A stretch of DNA of 64,000 nt from Dicyema japonicum (Eukaryota > Animalia > Dicyemida). Numbering within the stretch: position 1 is the stretch's first letter; each line of letters starts with the position of its first letter. Below the pieces are notes generated by a model. It was not told where the DNA came from, searched no databases, and was given only the letters and a program-made list of their open reading frames with translations. Position numbers and translations under genes: made by a program. The stretch covers positions 246,945-310,944 of the forward strand of contig RDEW01000049.1 of the NCBI GenBank assembly GCA_011109175.1. Direction: 5' to 3'. This document shows positions 12,065-25,920 of this stretch, piece after piece.

Positions 12065-15000
12065 ATGGATTTTCCCAAGTCTACTACCAAGTTAAAAGCG
12101 ATACATGAGGTTGAGAATCAAATGAGGGAAAAATGGAAGAAGCTTAAATGCTTCGAATCTGATGCAAAGGAGGGGAAGACAAAGTACATGATGACATTCC
12201 CCTATCCATACATGAACGGACTTGCCCATTTAGGCCACATGTATTCCCTTTCTAAGTGCGAGGTACTTGTTCTGACTGATTTAGTTCACAATTTCCTTCC
12301 GTCGGCTGATTGGGGAGAACTGTCTCTTCCCCTTTGCATTTCACTGCACGGGGATGCCCATAAAAGTGAGTTGTGACAGACTTTCACTTGAATTGAGTGA
12401 GGGAGTGGCTCAGAGTGAGAAGACTAATTCCACGTTTGTGGACCCTGAGAAGGAATTGGAGAACAAAATGAAGAGTCGTCGGGTCATCTTTGTTTTTACA
12501 ACTACAGAGCAAGGCATCTTCAAAAATTGGGGGGAAACAGACTCAGTACGAGACCGTCAGGGATGCCACTCAGCTAGATGATGTTAGTGAGTTCACTCAA
12601 CCTACCAAATGGATAGAATTCTTCCCAAAGCAGTGGAAGAGTGACTTGGATAGGTTTGGGGCGAAGGTAGTGTGTTTGCCAACTCTAGGTGGACTGGAGG
12701 AGATCCTTTGTCACAACTGATATTAATCCCTTCTATGACTCGTTTGTTTGCTGGTTTATTACCAAATTGAGGAAATATATCCACTTTGGGAAGAGGTAGA
12801 GTTTATATTTATGACAGGTACACCATATACTCCCCCAAGGATGAGCAACCCTGTATGGACCACGACAGATCTTCCGGAGAAGGACTGTCATATACAGAAT
12901 TTACCCTCATTAAATACAAGCTTGAGGATAATCTGTTCCTAATCGCTGCAACCAGAAGACCGGAGACGATGTATGGGCAGGTCTGCTGTTGGGTACACCC
13001 TAACATTGAATACATTCAATTCACAGTCGATGGGACAGGCTATATCGCCGATTCCCATGCACTCAGAAATATACAACATCAATATGATAATGTCGTGGTT
13101 GGACGTACCCTTCGTAGCTCAGATCTGATTGGAAGGACTGTTCAACTCCCTTATTCTAACAGAATAGCCCCCATTCTTCCATACAATAACGTTAAAAATG
13201 ACATGGGAACAGGAATTGTAGCCAGTGTCCCCTCTGACTCTCCTGATGACTATATGGCGCTTTTACAAGCAAAAAAGAACGACGTTGTCCAAGTTTTGTC
13301 ATTTGTAGAAACTGGGAGACCTTGTTAAAAATATTGAGCCAATCCCTGTGGTTGCTGTGGGGGAGTTGGGGACAATGTCTGCTCCCACTCTGTGTGAACA
13401 GTTTGGAGTGAAGGGAGTCAACGATTCTGAACCACTGGGTAAGGCGTCTCAGATTGCGTATTCTCGGGGATTTCACGAAGGAGTGGTGATTTCTAGTTAC
13501 TAGTAGATTATGGCAGCTGGTAAATATTCGGGGATGTGTGTTCAGGAAGCCAGACCGTTAATAAAGGAGGAAATGATCAAAGATGGTTTTGCAATTAACT
13601 ACGCGGAACCTGACGGACGAATAATATCCCGATCTAGTGATGTCTGTGTTGTCGCCCTTTGTGATCAATGGTGGACTTTTGGTTGATTGTTAGGTACATT
13701 GACTATGGGAATGCTGAGTGGAAGCAGAGTGTCCGTGAGTTGGTGGGTAGACTCAATCTGACTGAACAAGTCCGTAATAACTTTGTCTATACAATTGACA
13801 ATTTACACGAGCATGCCATGTCTCGTAGTTATGGATTAGGTATCCCCATGTAACCAACGTAAGGAAGCCGGGTTCCCTGGGATACACAGTACTTGATTGA
13901 GTCTCTCTCTGATTCGACCGTGTATAATGCTTTCTACACAGTCTGTCATTTTCTTCAGGGTAACATCGACGGAAGTGAACGTGGTCCATTTGGAATTGAG
14001 TACACTTAATGGTTATTGGTAGACCACGTGACATGACTCATCAAGTGTGGGATTACATATTTTATAACAACACCACCTACCCTTCTGACTGTTCCATTGA
14101 CAAGGCCCACCTGGATGCTATGAAAAGAGAATTTAACTATTGGTACCCCGTTGACCTGAGGACTTCTGGAAAGGATCTCATCCAAAATCATTTGACATAC
14201 TATTTATACACACATATTGCTGTGTGGCCGGAGGAACCAGACAAATGGCCACGTGGCATTCGGGCTAATGGATTACTCTTACTTAATAACGAAAAGGTAC
14301 CTCTTTGTCTTAAGAAAGATGTCGAAGAGTACTGGGAACTTTATGACCCTCAGGGATTGCTGTAGTAGATTTTCTGCTGATGGTTTGATTAATAATCACA
14401 CACAGCAACCCGACTGACTCTGGCTGATGCTGGGGACACTATCGACGACGCCAACTTTAATGTGGACACTGCGAACGCCATTCTCCTCAGACTTCACTCA
14501 TATTTGGAGTTTTGTAGGGACGTCCTCTCAAACCCCTCAGTCCCCACTAAGTTCAGCATTATAGATCAGGCGTTTGAGAGGTTCATTTATTACTTATGGG
14601 AGTTCTATGTTGGCTAAGGTGGAACAGACGTACTCTCACTACTATAATGGTCAGTATAAAGATGCTGTGAAGACTGGGTTTTTTGAGTTTATGGTAGTTT
14701 CTGTTACTTAGCAGAACCTTCGTGATTTATATAGAGATATGTCATCGAACTATAATTTGATGGTCAAATTCATTAAAATACAGACGATGATTCTCTCCCC
14801 AGTCTGTCCCCACCTTTGTGACTACATTTGGACCGAACTTCTCCACAATGTACTCTTATATTGTGTATTTTAGCCCAACACTATTCTCTCTGCTAATTGG
14901 AATTCATTTATGACGAAAATGTTCCCCATCAAACCTAAAAAACTGGATGGAGTATTCCCCTACATAGTACGTGCCGTTAGATCGTTCACTAAAGCTCAAG

Positions 15001-15810
15001 AGAGTTCGAAACGTAAAAATAAGGTAACTCGTAATTCAAATGGAAGTGTGTTGACAATGCTGTTATTTGGGTATCCGATAAGTACACTGACTGGCAATGC
15101 AGAGCGCTGGAAATGGTGAGGGATATGATTGCCACCACTGGGAATAAAGATAAAGCTGAAATAGCCCATCGATTTAATTCTGTGCCTGAATTATCTCCCT
15201 ACACTAAGAAACTGATGCCATTTATTACTTCTATGATGGTAACGTTTATTCATGATTTAGCCAATTATTGAGCAACAGATCAACGATGGTTCCTTTACTA
15301 AGAATGGAATGCTTAAATGTTCTTTTGATGAATTTTCCGTTCTGGAAGCCTATTTGGAGTATCTAAGGGACAAACTGAGGGTTATACCCATAGTTATTGC
15401 TAGGTTCGGAATCTGGTTGTTCGCAGAACGGGTGAAATGTGTGATAATGGACAAATCAGTGACAAATGTTACCCCAATAACCCAGTTATCATGTTTGATC
15501 AGATGGTTGACTTTTTGGTTATTCCTAGAACTACACACGTGTCAGATTCATCAACCGAGACCGTTATGCTGGGTTCTTTGAGGAACAACTGGTTGTATTC
15601 AGTGGTGATAGTTGTGGGAATGTGTGTGACAGAATGATTACTCGATTGTCTCTAAGTGAGTGTGTTTGTTATTGTTTAGATGATCAACGAGTTAGTCTCT
15701 CAACGTTTGACGGTAACCCCATCACCCCCGACTCGCTCTTTGATGTCGATAATGGCCAAGTCCTACTCAATGGACAGATTACCAAAAATCTGGTATATTC
15801 AGTATATTAG
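12065..15810 (+). CDS. LARS1: Cytosolic leucyl-tRNA synthetase, about 19 micro-introns
   Basis: [13 protein letters not shown] (HIGH motif), [62 protein letters not shown], and KMSKSTGNF after splicing. Example introns 12263-12284 (22 nt), 12483-12507 (25 nt), 14581-14602 (22 nt). Confidence 0.97.
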
Positions 15811-17922
15811 ATTAAATCTGAATTATTTGTTCTTTCATTGTTTTTGTGGCACTATAATTATTTATTGATTTGAATATTTGACATGTGGGTTACCTTTGCG
15901 TTTACCAGATTTTATTTTTACGAAACATTTATTGATCCTCTTTGACATAGGGGACGGTGCTGTTTCTCATGATAGCGGTATGAATTAACTGGGCTACACG
16001 GACTTGGTGTCTTTAGTGTAGACTACTGCTCTTAGTTGTCTTGTCAGCAATTGCTTGGAATGTTAGTCGTTCAAAGAGCCCTTCATATTTCTAATTTTTG
16101 ACTAAATCAAAAATACTTTAAGTGGACAAGCAGAACCTCAGCTGTTGTAGTGCATAGTAAAATGGATGTTTTACTTTATGGTGATTTTCATGTGACATGT
16201 CCATCACAGGGGTGGAGAAAAAGTCATACGCTTTTTTGAAAACAAGCTTCGCATAATGCTTCACAGTCAGTGATAATCCTCGTCGTTATTAATTAACACT
16301 TAAGAGTCCGTGATATTCCCCCGGGGAGATTACTGAGTGGATAGAAGTATACAGGCAATTAAGACTTTCTTTCATAGATATTTTCATCATTTAATTTACC
16401 TAAATTTATATCCAGGACCTGATGTGATCTCTGGGAGTGACCATATAAGGCAACTTTATGTATTATCTCCGGATACACCAAGAAGTAACAGTAAACTACT
16501 AATTAAGTGAATCCAGTTTTTGTAGAAAAACAAGTCTTCCCAGAACCAGATTAAAGTGGAGAAACGTCCAAATCTCTTGGCGATGTAACTTCTCACCCCA
16601 GTTCTTCAAATTTGCATCAGCAAAATGACTGACTTTGGGGACATTCTATAAGCTAAACGTCGAATTAATTTCACCTTGGAGAGATAAAAACAAATTGCTT
16701 TTGGTGGAACTACTGTTTATAAATCTTTCACATCTTAGCTTACACCATCATTAATAATGGTTACATTACCTCTTTGCGCCAGTGTCTTATATGTCATAGA
16801 GGAAAATTGGAATATATCTTTTCATCCTAGAAAATCTCACCCGAGCACACTTTCCACAATATTTTTCTTTGCACAATAAAGTCAGTTTACGTTGGTGGTT
16901 GCCTTGAGAAATGAGGTTATCAAAGTCAAATTTTAACACGTTGCCACAGATCGAAGCCAACAGAGTGACGTTTCTCATTGTGGTCTCAACAGTTTTTAAC
17001 AAAAACCAGTAATNTCACCCGAGCACACTTTCCACAATATTTTTCTTTGCACAATAAAGTCAGTTTACGTTGGTGGTTGCCTTGAGAAATGAGGTTATCA
17101 AAGTCAAATTTTAACACGTTGCCACAGATCGAAGTCAACAGAGTGACGTTTCTCATTGTGGTCTCAACAGTTTTTAACAAAAACCAGTAATTACGCCAAA
17201 AACCTGTTTCGACTATGAGTCCAACATCCTAGTGACTGTTACTAGAAAAAGCTTGGGTCACTCGATTAGTTTGCTTTGATGGCTTCTTTCCTAGTTGTCT
17301 TGGAGGACCACCAAGTCNGGTTTCGACTATGAGTCCAACATCCTAGTGACTGTTACTAGAAAAAGCTTGGGTAACTCGATTAGTTGGCTTTGATGGCTTC
17401 TTTCCTAGTTGTCTTGGAGGACCACAAAGTCAGTGGATTTATTTTTTCAATACTTCCGAAAAATCAATACTAAATCTCCACTTTAAATGTTGATGTCTTG
17501 AGATTTCGACCTTAAAATTGACGAGTCAGCTTTTTGAGGATCTGAATTTCCTCTTTCCTCTTGAAGACTATTCTCCAACCACCAATTGAGATTGAACTGA
17601 GTCACTTCCCATCCCTAATTCGTTATTGATTATTGTAGACTAAATAAGTGAGACCCCCAGCCATAATTTTTTTAATTTTGGGGGTCACTATGGGAAAAGA
17701 AGGGAAAGGCTGATCTATTCCACCCAAGCTATAAGGGAACAAGACTTAGGTGATAGATGCAAATAAGGAGTAAGAAATTCTCTCAGGGAGTCGCCGGTTA
17801 CTTGCCTCTCAACAGTCCACACACGTTGGAGAAGACCAATGCGACGGGTTAGACCAAGGCACTCTCCAAAGGAGGGATGTAAATAACCAAGAAACAATCC
17901 CATCTCCACCAAGTAAATAACC

Positions 17923-19191
17923 TCAATTGACCAAATAAACAAAAGGGGGTTTATTTGTGAAATAATTATAAAGTAAAGCAGAAGCAGTAATGGTGGAGAC
18001 CAATATGGAAAAAACTGAACAGATCAGAGACTTGTTCATGTTCGACTTCATCTCATTAACATTATATTCCTCAGCACTAATAGCATCCCTCGCAAATACG
18101 TAAGCTATGCACCCAAATATGGGGTTCACTAGGCAAGCAAAGCACGAAAGTATGCTCATAACCTTCATATTCAGATTATTCCTTCTTCGTTGTATCTCCG
18201 TCCGAGAATACTGCCTCCCCTTAACTGACTGATCCACAGTGGAGTGGTTATCAACATTACTGGGGTTATCTTTAACCCCCAATTTGTTACTTGCAGCTGT
18301 AATCGATTCGTTCCCACGTGTAGATACAGCTTTATGTCCATTCCGCGCCAATGGGGGACTCTCTGAAGCACCTTTAACAAACTGATGACTTCCACGTGTC
18401 ACAAACAACGGCATAGGGGCATTAAACTCATTCTCGTATTTATCAGAGTGCTGGTTTAAAGCAGTCAAATTGTCATGTAGCTCAACAGTGGTCTTTGAGG
18501 GGTTCAATAACACTGGGGGATGATGGCCCATTCCCAATTTGGAGATCATGAGAGTATTTTGAGTCACTGGATGACAGTTGTCTTCTTTAGAAGATGTCTC
18601 GGGGGTTGAAGGAAGGGGTGAAAAATTTGACTTCTTCGTAATGACAGAACCACGTGACCCCGGTTCTGTAAAATGTGACCGGGTATGGTCACTTGCGGTC
18701 GGTATGGTAAAGTCATTTTTGCAATGTCCACTTATTTTCCCCGATACAGTGGAGGTAATAGCAGATCCAGTATTTTCTGACACGTGGGTTGATTGAGAAT
18801 TGTGGGTAGAGCTCCTTCGTGACTGTTTCGAGCGGGTCTTTGACCCTTGGTTTCTTTGGGATTGAGTTTTTATGCTGAAGGAGGAATTTCTACGGTTCTT
18901 TAGAGGAGGATAATCCAAAGGATAACCTCCATAGAACTGCTGGTTGGGGTCAATCTTGGGGATGAAGGGAAGGGGGATGGTGGAATAAATAGGTCTGATC
19001 TCTGTTTTCTTTTGGTGGAGCAAAGTTCGGTTTCTGGAAATGTGAGAGATGAAATCTTGGTTTTTCAGAAAATTGCGGTATCCGTAACATCTGGTTGACT
19101 GGTTGGGGGTTGTCTCTGAAATGTACAGCTGTCTTGAATTACCGTGGGAAGTCCTCGAACTGGGAGATGTTTTCCGTGAAAACGTGCTCAT
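17923..19191 (-). CDS. CD225/dispanin (IFITM/PRRT/SynDIG-like) membrane protein with long low-complexity N-terminus
   Basis: 431-codon ORF. C-terminal SILSCFACLVNPIFGCIAYVFA...SLICSVFSILVSTITASALLY is a two-hydrophobic-segment pattern typical of CD225. Likely ATG is MSTFSRK. Confidence 0.65.
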   Translation of the reverse strand: MSTFSRKTSPSSRTSHGNSRQLYISETTPNQSTRCYGYRNFLKNQDFISHISRNRTLLHQKKTEIRPIYSTIPLPFIPKIDPNQQFYGGYPLDYPPLKNRRNSSFSIKTQSQRNQGSKTRSKQSRRSSTHNSQSTHVSENTGSAITSTVSGKISGHCKNDFTIPTASDHTRSHFTEPGSRGSVITKKSNFSPLPSTPETSSKEDNCHPVTQNTLMISKLGMGHHPPVLLNPSKTTVELHDNLTALNQHSDKYENEFNAPMPLFVTRGSHQFVKGASESPPLARNGHKAVSTRGNESITAASNKLGVKDNPSNVDNHSTVDQSVKGRQYSRTEIQRRRNNLNMKVMSILSCFACLVNPIFGCIAYVFARDAISAEEYNVNEMKSNMNKSLICSVFSILVSTITASALLYNYFTNKPPFVYLVN

Positions 19192-19310
19192 AAATATTTT
19201 ATTTACAATTAATATCAAGGCAACTTTAAATTGTGTATATTATTTTTCAAAAATATTAATTTCCGTAAATATTTATTTTTAATAATTAAATTTACTCTTG
19301 TTGCAGTCGA

Positions 19311-19500
19311 GTCATCGGGAGTCGTTGGTCCAATGACGACTGAGTTCTTGTGCGAACTCGGAGGAATGCTTGCCATAAAGAAAAGGGATCAACGACAATG
19401 GTTATGGGTGAGACAAAAAATTGGAATGGCCATACTCCGAGGGAACTCGTTCGCGATCCACGCAGCCGGCTTCCTCAACTAAAATTTGTTTTTTTGTTAA
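19311..19500 (+). mobile_element. 3' fragment of a CRE-like RLE non-LTR retrotransposon
   Basis: AVESSGVVGP...FLCELG...WLWVRQKIGMAILRGNSFAI is the C-terminal RLE motif. Same tail recurs at 39560-39620. Confidence 0.7.
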
Positions 19501-21444
19501 ATAATTGTCTTAAAAAAAGTAATTGAATTAACGCGGATTATNTGAGACAAAAAATTGGAATGGCCATACTCCGAGGGAACTCGTTCGCGATCCACGCAGC
19601 CGGCTTCCTCAGCTAAAATTCGTTTCTTTGTTAAATAATTGTCTTAAAAAAGTAATTGAATTAACGCGGATTATTTTACGTGGAAGAATATCATTTCAAG
19701 TTTCGAATATTTAAATTACATGACTTGACCTTGAAATGATCACGGACTGCCGCGAATCCTCTTTCACTGGAGGATGAAGGTCATGCCAGTATCTTCAACA
19801 GTCCCTCGACCCAAAACTCATTTGGTCCCTGCTTCGGTAGTCTAGTAGAAAATGGCGTAGTTATAACTTAACTCTGCACTGACTGCAATAGGCAGGGATT
19901 ATTCTCGTGGAAGATGCTCATTCCAGGCCGCAGTCGAAACCATCCGTGGGTCTCCAAAGCGTGTCTCCACATTTTTTTTAATTCTTCAATAATAGACCGA
20001 TAGTTCCAACCTTTCCGAGGTTTTGAAGACGATTGGAACAGAATGGGTACGGTCCCCCAGGATTGAGTATTTAAACAACTTCCACCATTCAGTATAGCAC
20101 CTAACCAAGACAAACGAGGGGCAGAGAAAGAGGCGAAGGAATCAACTCAGCCATCTCGGTAGTGACGGATTTATGCAGTGCTTAAAGTACTACATTATTT
20201 CCCCCCATTTTCGTCCCCGGTTTTGGACAACAGAGTACTAACTCCCATCATGATAGCCGGTNAGAGAAAGAGGCGAAGGAATCAACTCAGCCATCTCGGT
20301 AGTGACGGATTTATGCAGTGCTTAAAGTACTACCTTATTTCCCCCCATTTTTGTCCCCGGTTTTGGACAACAGAGTACTAACTCCCATCATGATAGCCGG
20401 TCGAATGAGAAGGGACAACAAAAGCTTTCCTAGCGTTTCCAAATATTTTCTTTTATTACTCCTACGTTCTTGGAAGAAGTCAGGACCCAGGAGAAGAGGC
20501 AAAACTTAGGCTTGCGTATCGGCATGACATGGGAGTGGATCGTTGAGAATTTGGGGGGTTCATATAAGGATGCCTATCATTTTCATGAACTTTGAAGTTT
20601 GCAGGCGACAAGCTTTGTCGAGACAGCCTAATCGACTTGAATCTCCCCCATACTCTGACGATCCCTTTCCCTTAGCCACACTACTTTCCTCTATTTTGAT
20701 TATTTCATTATTGAGGACTCTTGGTACCCCAAGATAGACAAAATTGTGAGATTTTGTCATTCTGATGCAAGGGATTAGCCAAACCACAGTAAATCGATTA
20801 ATTGCATAACCACCACAACATGAGCACAAGAGTTCTTTCGATGACTTCCATGTGTCTCTGGACCTGTTAAGTTCCTCCAATTTGAGTAGATGAGATTCGA
20901 ACAAATCCGATGCTTTCTTATTTTTTAAAATAAGGATATTCTCCTGAGTCCTTTTAAGATGGGGAACGAGAAGTTGCATCCATATTGAAGAGATGGGGAC
21001 ATTAAGAGTACTGGGACTGTCATGGTGATCAGAATTACTTCACCAGCTCTCCCTTCTTGTCCATTCACTACTGAGCTTACTTATCTGGAGATATAACAAC
21101 AACCCTCCTGTTCATGGGGGATATGTCTACCAAAGGGTTCACTGAGACTTCAAGCCAACCTCCATTAGTCGTCTGTTTACACTTCACTGAATCTGTCCTT
21201 GACTTATGTCAGAGACTCTCATTGCTTACATGCAAGTAAGCACTCATCCTGGGGATATCATTGTCTAGAGCTCTTTAGACTACGTCCATAATCAACGAGT
21301 AAGATGTAGGACACAAAGGGAGACACGAAACTGTACATTTATGAGTCAGAAATACTACGCCACTTCTGTCCCCCAAACGAAGGTTTCATCAAATTTCCAC
21401 TAAAAATCAAAAAACTTGACTTTACTAACCCAATTATGACATAC

Positions 21445-21780
21445 ATCCGGGTGGCGCCATGTGGTGCTTAGTGGATAATTGGTTAAAGTTTCTGTTTGTT
21501 CGTCTATTCCTCCTCTCTTTCCTATTAGAGTGACGTCATGCGATCCGCCTGTCTAGGTGGCACCCAGTGCTAGACACGAAAAAGGATCATTTGCTCTTCC
21601 CCACTCGACTAGAGGGGTTTCCACAACTGCAAGTATGGACGTCTTTTGCCAATTATGTTGATTATGGATGGACTCTGTTTCTGCAGAGGCAGAAACTGGG
21701 TACACTTTATTAGTTGTTCACTTTAACTTCTTTCCCGGTGTATCCGGGGTTAATAAATAAATCAGGACATAACACAGATT
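21445..21780 (+). mobile_element. Dispersed repeat family D (about 335 bp, SINE-like or truncated LINE 3' end)
   Basis: Aligns end to end with 25921-26240; ends gtatccggggttaataaataaa. Confidence 0.75.
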
Positions 21781-22072
21781 TTTATTTAATTTATGAGGCA
21801 TTTGAGCCAGAATTCTGCGCCTAAGTGATTGGTAGGGCGCATAAACTCATTCCACCCACCAAAGTGGCCATAATACCCCCATGACAGCCCTACCATAAAA
21901 ATGACAGCCCGAAATTTTCCACAAAATCAATTTCACAGACACTCATCCATAAATCCCACACAGCAAGCCATACCCACGACACATCGCTCTACCAAAATCC
22001 AAAGATCGCTCATATAAGCACGTGGCTTTAGAATAATAAAAAGTATTAAAAACTCAATATAAATATATTTAA

Positions 22073-22703
<631 letters not shown>

Positions 22704-23067
22704 GTCACCACTAAAATTAGATATTAATTTCAAATTTTAATTCAATTAATCTTTTTATTAATTTTGAAAAAACCCCACAAATCCTTCTCCCAGCATAATA
22801 ACCTTGTTTCGGGAGCTTGACATGTCACCACTAAAATTAGATATTAATTTCAAATTTTAATTCAATTAATCTTTTTATTAATTTTGACAAAAACTCATTT
22901 ATATTGAATCGACCAATTTATTATTTTACAACGAATAAATAAGTAAAGTAGAGTAACTGACCGAATTCAAAAGTTAACTCACGTGGCGCTCCAAATATGA
23001 GACTGAACACGAAGTAGTTCTAGTGGAAACTTCTACTATCTTAGATAGGATGCACAGCTTCTAAGAG

Positions 23068-23320
23068 AGCTTCATGGGCAACTTTGACATGTTTGGAAAG
23101 GTCCATAATTTTGGGAGAATCACGTGGGCAACTCTGTCGTCTTGGGAAAGATTCACAATTTCTACAAGAATCACGTGGGCAAATCTGTCGTCTTGGGAAA
23201 GATTGACAGTTACTAAGAGGTAAACGTGGCCAACTCTTCCGACTTTGGAATGATCGACAGTTGTTAAGAGATACACGTGCCAACTCTGTCGTTTTGGGAA
23301 AGATCGACAGTTTCTAATTC
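23068..23320. repeat. Tandem repeat, about 5 x 51 bp
   Basis: Unit tcacgtgggcaactctgtcgtcttgggaaagattcacaatttctacaagaa with variants. Confidence 0.85.
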
Positions 23321-23486
23321 ATCCACAGCAGTCCTGGTGAATGATCACAATCAACAGCCATCAGATTAATCAGCCAAATTATAAAAATTTAAAAAATGGA
23401 GCATGTGAATATTACGTGTAAAGAGTTATTGTGGGAAAAATAATTTATTAAAATACCACATAATGCATTGTTACTGCTTGAATTAC

Positions 23487-24320
23487 CTACCAATATGGAG
23501 TTGTTTTGTCAAATCTCACATGTTGAGTCCAATCTGGGGGAGACATTTGGGGTTGGTTGGTTGATATAAACACAAGACAGTAGTTTTCCCCCTGATTGTT
23601 GTCCCAGTAAGTGGAATCCCCCATTTTTGCATATATCGCAAACTGTGGTGACTCAGCATGATACGGAACAGTAAAGCTGAATCGGAAGTGGTCGTATTCG
23701 TGAGAGACCATGTGAGGGTCTTCTATCTGATACTCACAGGGGATGTCCTGCCAGTCCTTCCAGTTGTTACAGGTCAGTCGAATCCTCACAGTCTTCTCAA
23801 AGGCCAGGTTAAAGACCTTGATTACTCCCCATACATTGTTCCCCACAGTAGTGATGTCCTCCAAGCCAATTTTATTCGCATGGAAGAGGGTTTGGAACTT
23901 TAGAAAATTTGACATGGGGAGACCGAAGCAGGGCTTGAGTCTCCTCACCGTACATGTTATAATTTTGAACCGTTTTCTATAAATTTCTGATTTTTTGAGT
24001 GTGGAGGGGAGATCAGTTGGCTTGTAATAATATTTGATAAACAGCACAGAACTAAACCGCACTCGTTTATGCACTTTTACATCCTTGTTGGCTCTTTTCT
24101 CCACTTTTGTGCTTATCCCCCCATTTATTTGGCCATTCTTCTCCACAAGTTGGTAATTTGACTTCTTTAGGATCTGTATGTCTTCGTAAGACTTGCTTTT
24201 CTCAAAATTTGACCGAATTCTGTCATCCACGTTGTACCATCGTGAGCGCTTTAAAAAGTCGTAATAGGGTTCTGAGCTCTCCCTGGGGCTGAACAGAGGG
24301 GTCGAGTTTGTCCTAATCAT
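23487..24320 (-). CDS. Protein phosphatase 1 glycogen-targeting subunit (PPP1R3 family, CBM21), intronless
   Basis: RVxF motif KRVRF; CBM21 motifs VWGVIKVFNLAFEKTVRIRLTCNNW and YWDNNQGENY. Confidence 0.9.
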   Translation of the reverse strand: MIRTNSTPLFSPRESSEPYYDFLKRSRWYNVDDRIRSNFEKSKSYEDIQILKKSNYQLVEKNGQINGGISTKVEKRANKDVKVHKRVRFSSVLFIKYYYKPTDLPSTLKKSEIYRKRFKIITCTVRRLKPCFGLPMSNFLKFQTLFHANKIGLEDITTVGNNVWGVIKVFNLAFEKTVRIRLTCNNWKDWQDIPCEYQIEDPHMVSHEYDHFRFSFTVPYHAESPQFAIYAKMGDSTYWDNNQGENYCLVFISTNQPQMSPPDWTQHVRFDKTTPYW

Positions 24321-24698
24321 GGCCGCAATTGTCAAAACTGCGTCGTTTTTTAAATATATTCCCGCGTAACGGCCTTTAATGAAGCATTTTTGCCAATCAC
24401 GCTTATTTTTTTGAAACTTAACTACAAGTAACCAGATACTATTAAAAACCCGACTTCACAGCGGGGGGTCTGATTGAGTCGAATGCTACTGGAACGACCG
24501 TTATTGGCTGATCGTGTGGGTTTGTGTACGATTTTAGCAATTTAGGCGGAATAAATGCAGTTTCAGTGTCCTCGGTAGCTACTTTCCAATTTTAAAATAA
24601 ATATGGTTATCTAATGAAATCGATAATCTACTTAGATAATAAATTCGATATTTTTTGTAATATCAAATTTCCTAATAAAGGAGACTAAGGCTGGGGGA

Positions 24699-25205
24699 AC
24701 TCAGATCCCAAAATAGCTACGAGAAAGCGGAGACTGCCAAGAAACTCAAATTCAGGCCAAAATAGCTAGGAAACCCCGAATAGTGCTGAGAAACTCAAAT
24801 TTAGGCCAAAATAGCTACGAGAAAGCGGAGACTGCCAAGAAACTCAAATTCAGGCCAAAATAGCTAGGAAACCCCGAATAGTGCTGAGAAACTCAAAATA
24901 GGCCAAAATAGATAGGAGAAACCGGGGTATGCCATTAAACTCAAATTTAGGCCAAAATAGCTACGAAAAAGCGGAGACTGCCAAAAAACTCAAATTTAGG
25001 CCAAAATAGCTACGAAAAAGCGGAGACTGCCAAGAAACTCAAATTTAGGCCAAAATTGCTACGAAAAACCGGATAGTGCTAAGAAACTCAAAATAGGCTA
25101 AAATAGATAGGAGAAACCGGGGTATGCCAGGTAACTCAAATTTAGGCCAAAATAGCTAGGAGAAACCAGAGAGTGCCAAGAAACTCAAATTTATGCTAAA
25201 ATGAC
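24699..25205. repeat. Minisatellite, about 11 x 49 bp with variant sub-types
   Basis: Constant aactcaaatttaggccaaaatagcta followed by a few related variant tails. Confidence 0.92.
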
Positions 25206-25920
25206 AAGAAACTGTTAATAATATCAAATTTCAGATATTGCGAAATACTCAACCAACCTATATTATTACTGAAATTCAAATTTCTCCAAAAACAGGGAAA
25301 TAATCCCACAATGCTTTCATCCACACCAGCCTTCCATAGAAATTGAAACTCTAAGAGCAGATATTATTAGCGACTCAAGTTGCCGCCAAAACACGTGGAC
25401 TCCATTAATTTTGCTAAGTAAACAAAAAATTCCCATTCACAGGGAACAGAATTTTGCATGCCAAAATCGAATAAACCGATATTGTTGAAAAATCAAGCGA
25501 CCACTGAGCAAACAATGAAAACCCCAACTACCATCAAAACACACGAAGGATCTCAATCTATTGTAGTGCATATAAAACCGCAAATTGATTTTCAAACTGA
25601 TTTTTTCCTTTGTCAGATAAAAAAGTCCTGTTAGAAAAGAAAACAGAAATTTTTAGAATGCTAACAACACACAAAATCTAGTTTTAGTCAAATTTAAAAT
25701 TTAATTTTTTTAAGTCAATAAACTATAAATAATATTTTTTATTTTTAATTATTTTTTCTGAATAAAATATTACCTTCGAGATCACTTAATTAATTTAGTA
25801 ATTAATTTAACTATTGGTGTTCTTGGGTTAATAATAATAATAATACCGCACTTAATATGTCACAGGCGCTACGCGTTACCTAATGCTCGAATTTAGAATT
25901 TCAAGCATTTTTGGTGAAAT

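Noticed and set aside
19700-21400. Coding-like decayed region considered as an endogenous viral element
   Set aside because: No polymerase, capsid or glycoprotein motif could be recognised. Frames are broken; left unassigned.
24699-25205. CRISPR-like repeat/spacer appearance
   Set aside because: The variable parts are related to each other and recur. Eukaryotic context and no cas genes.
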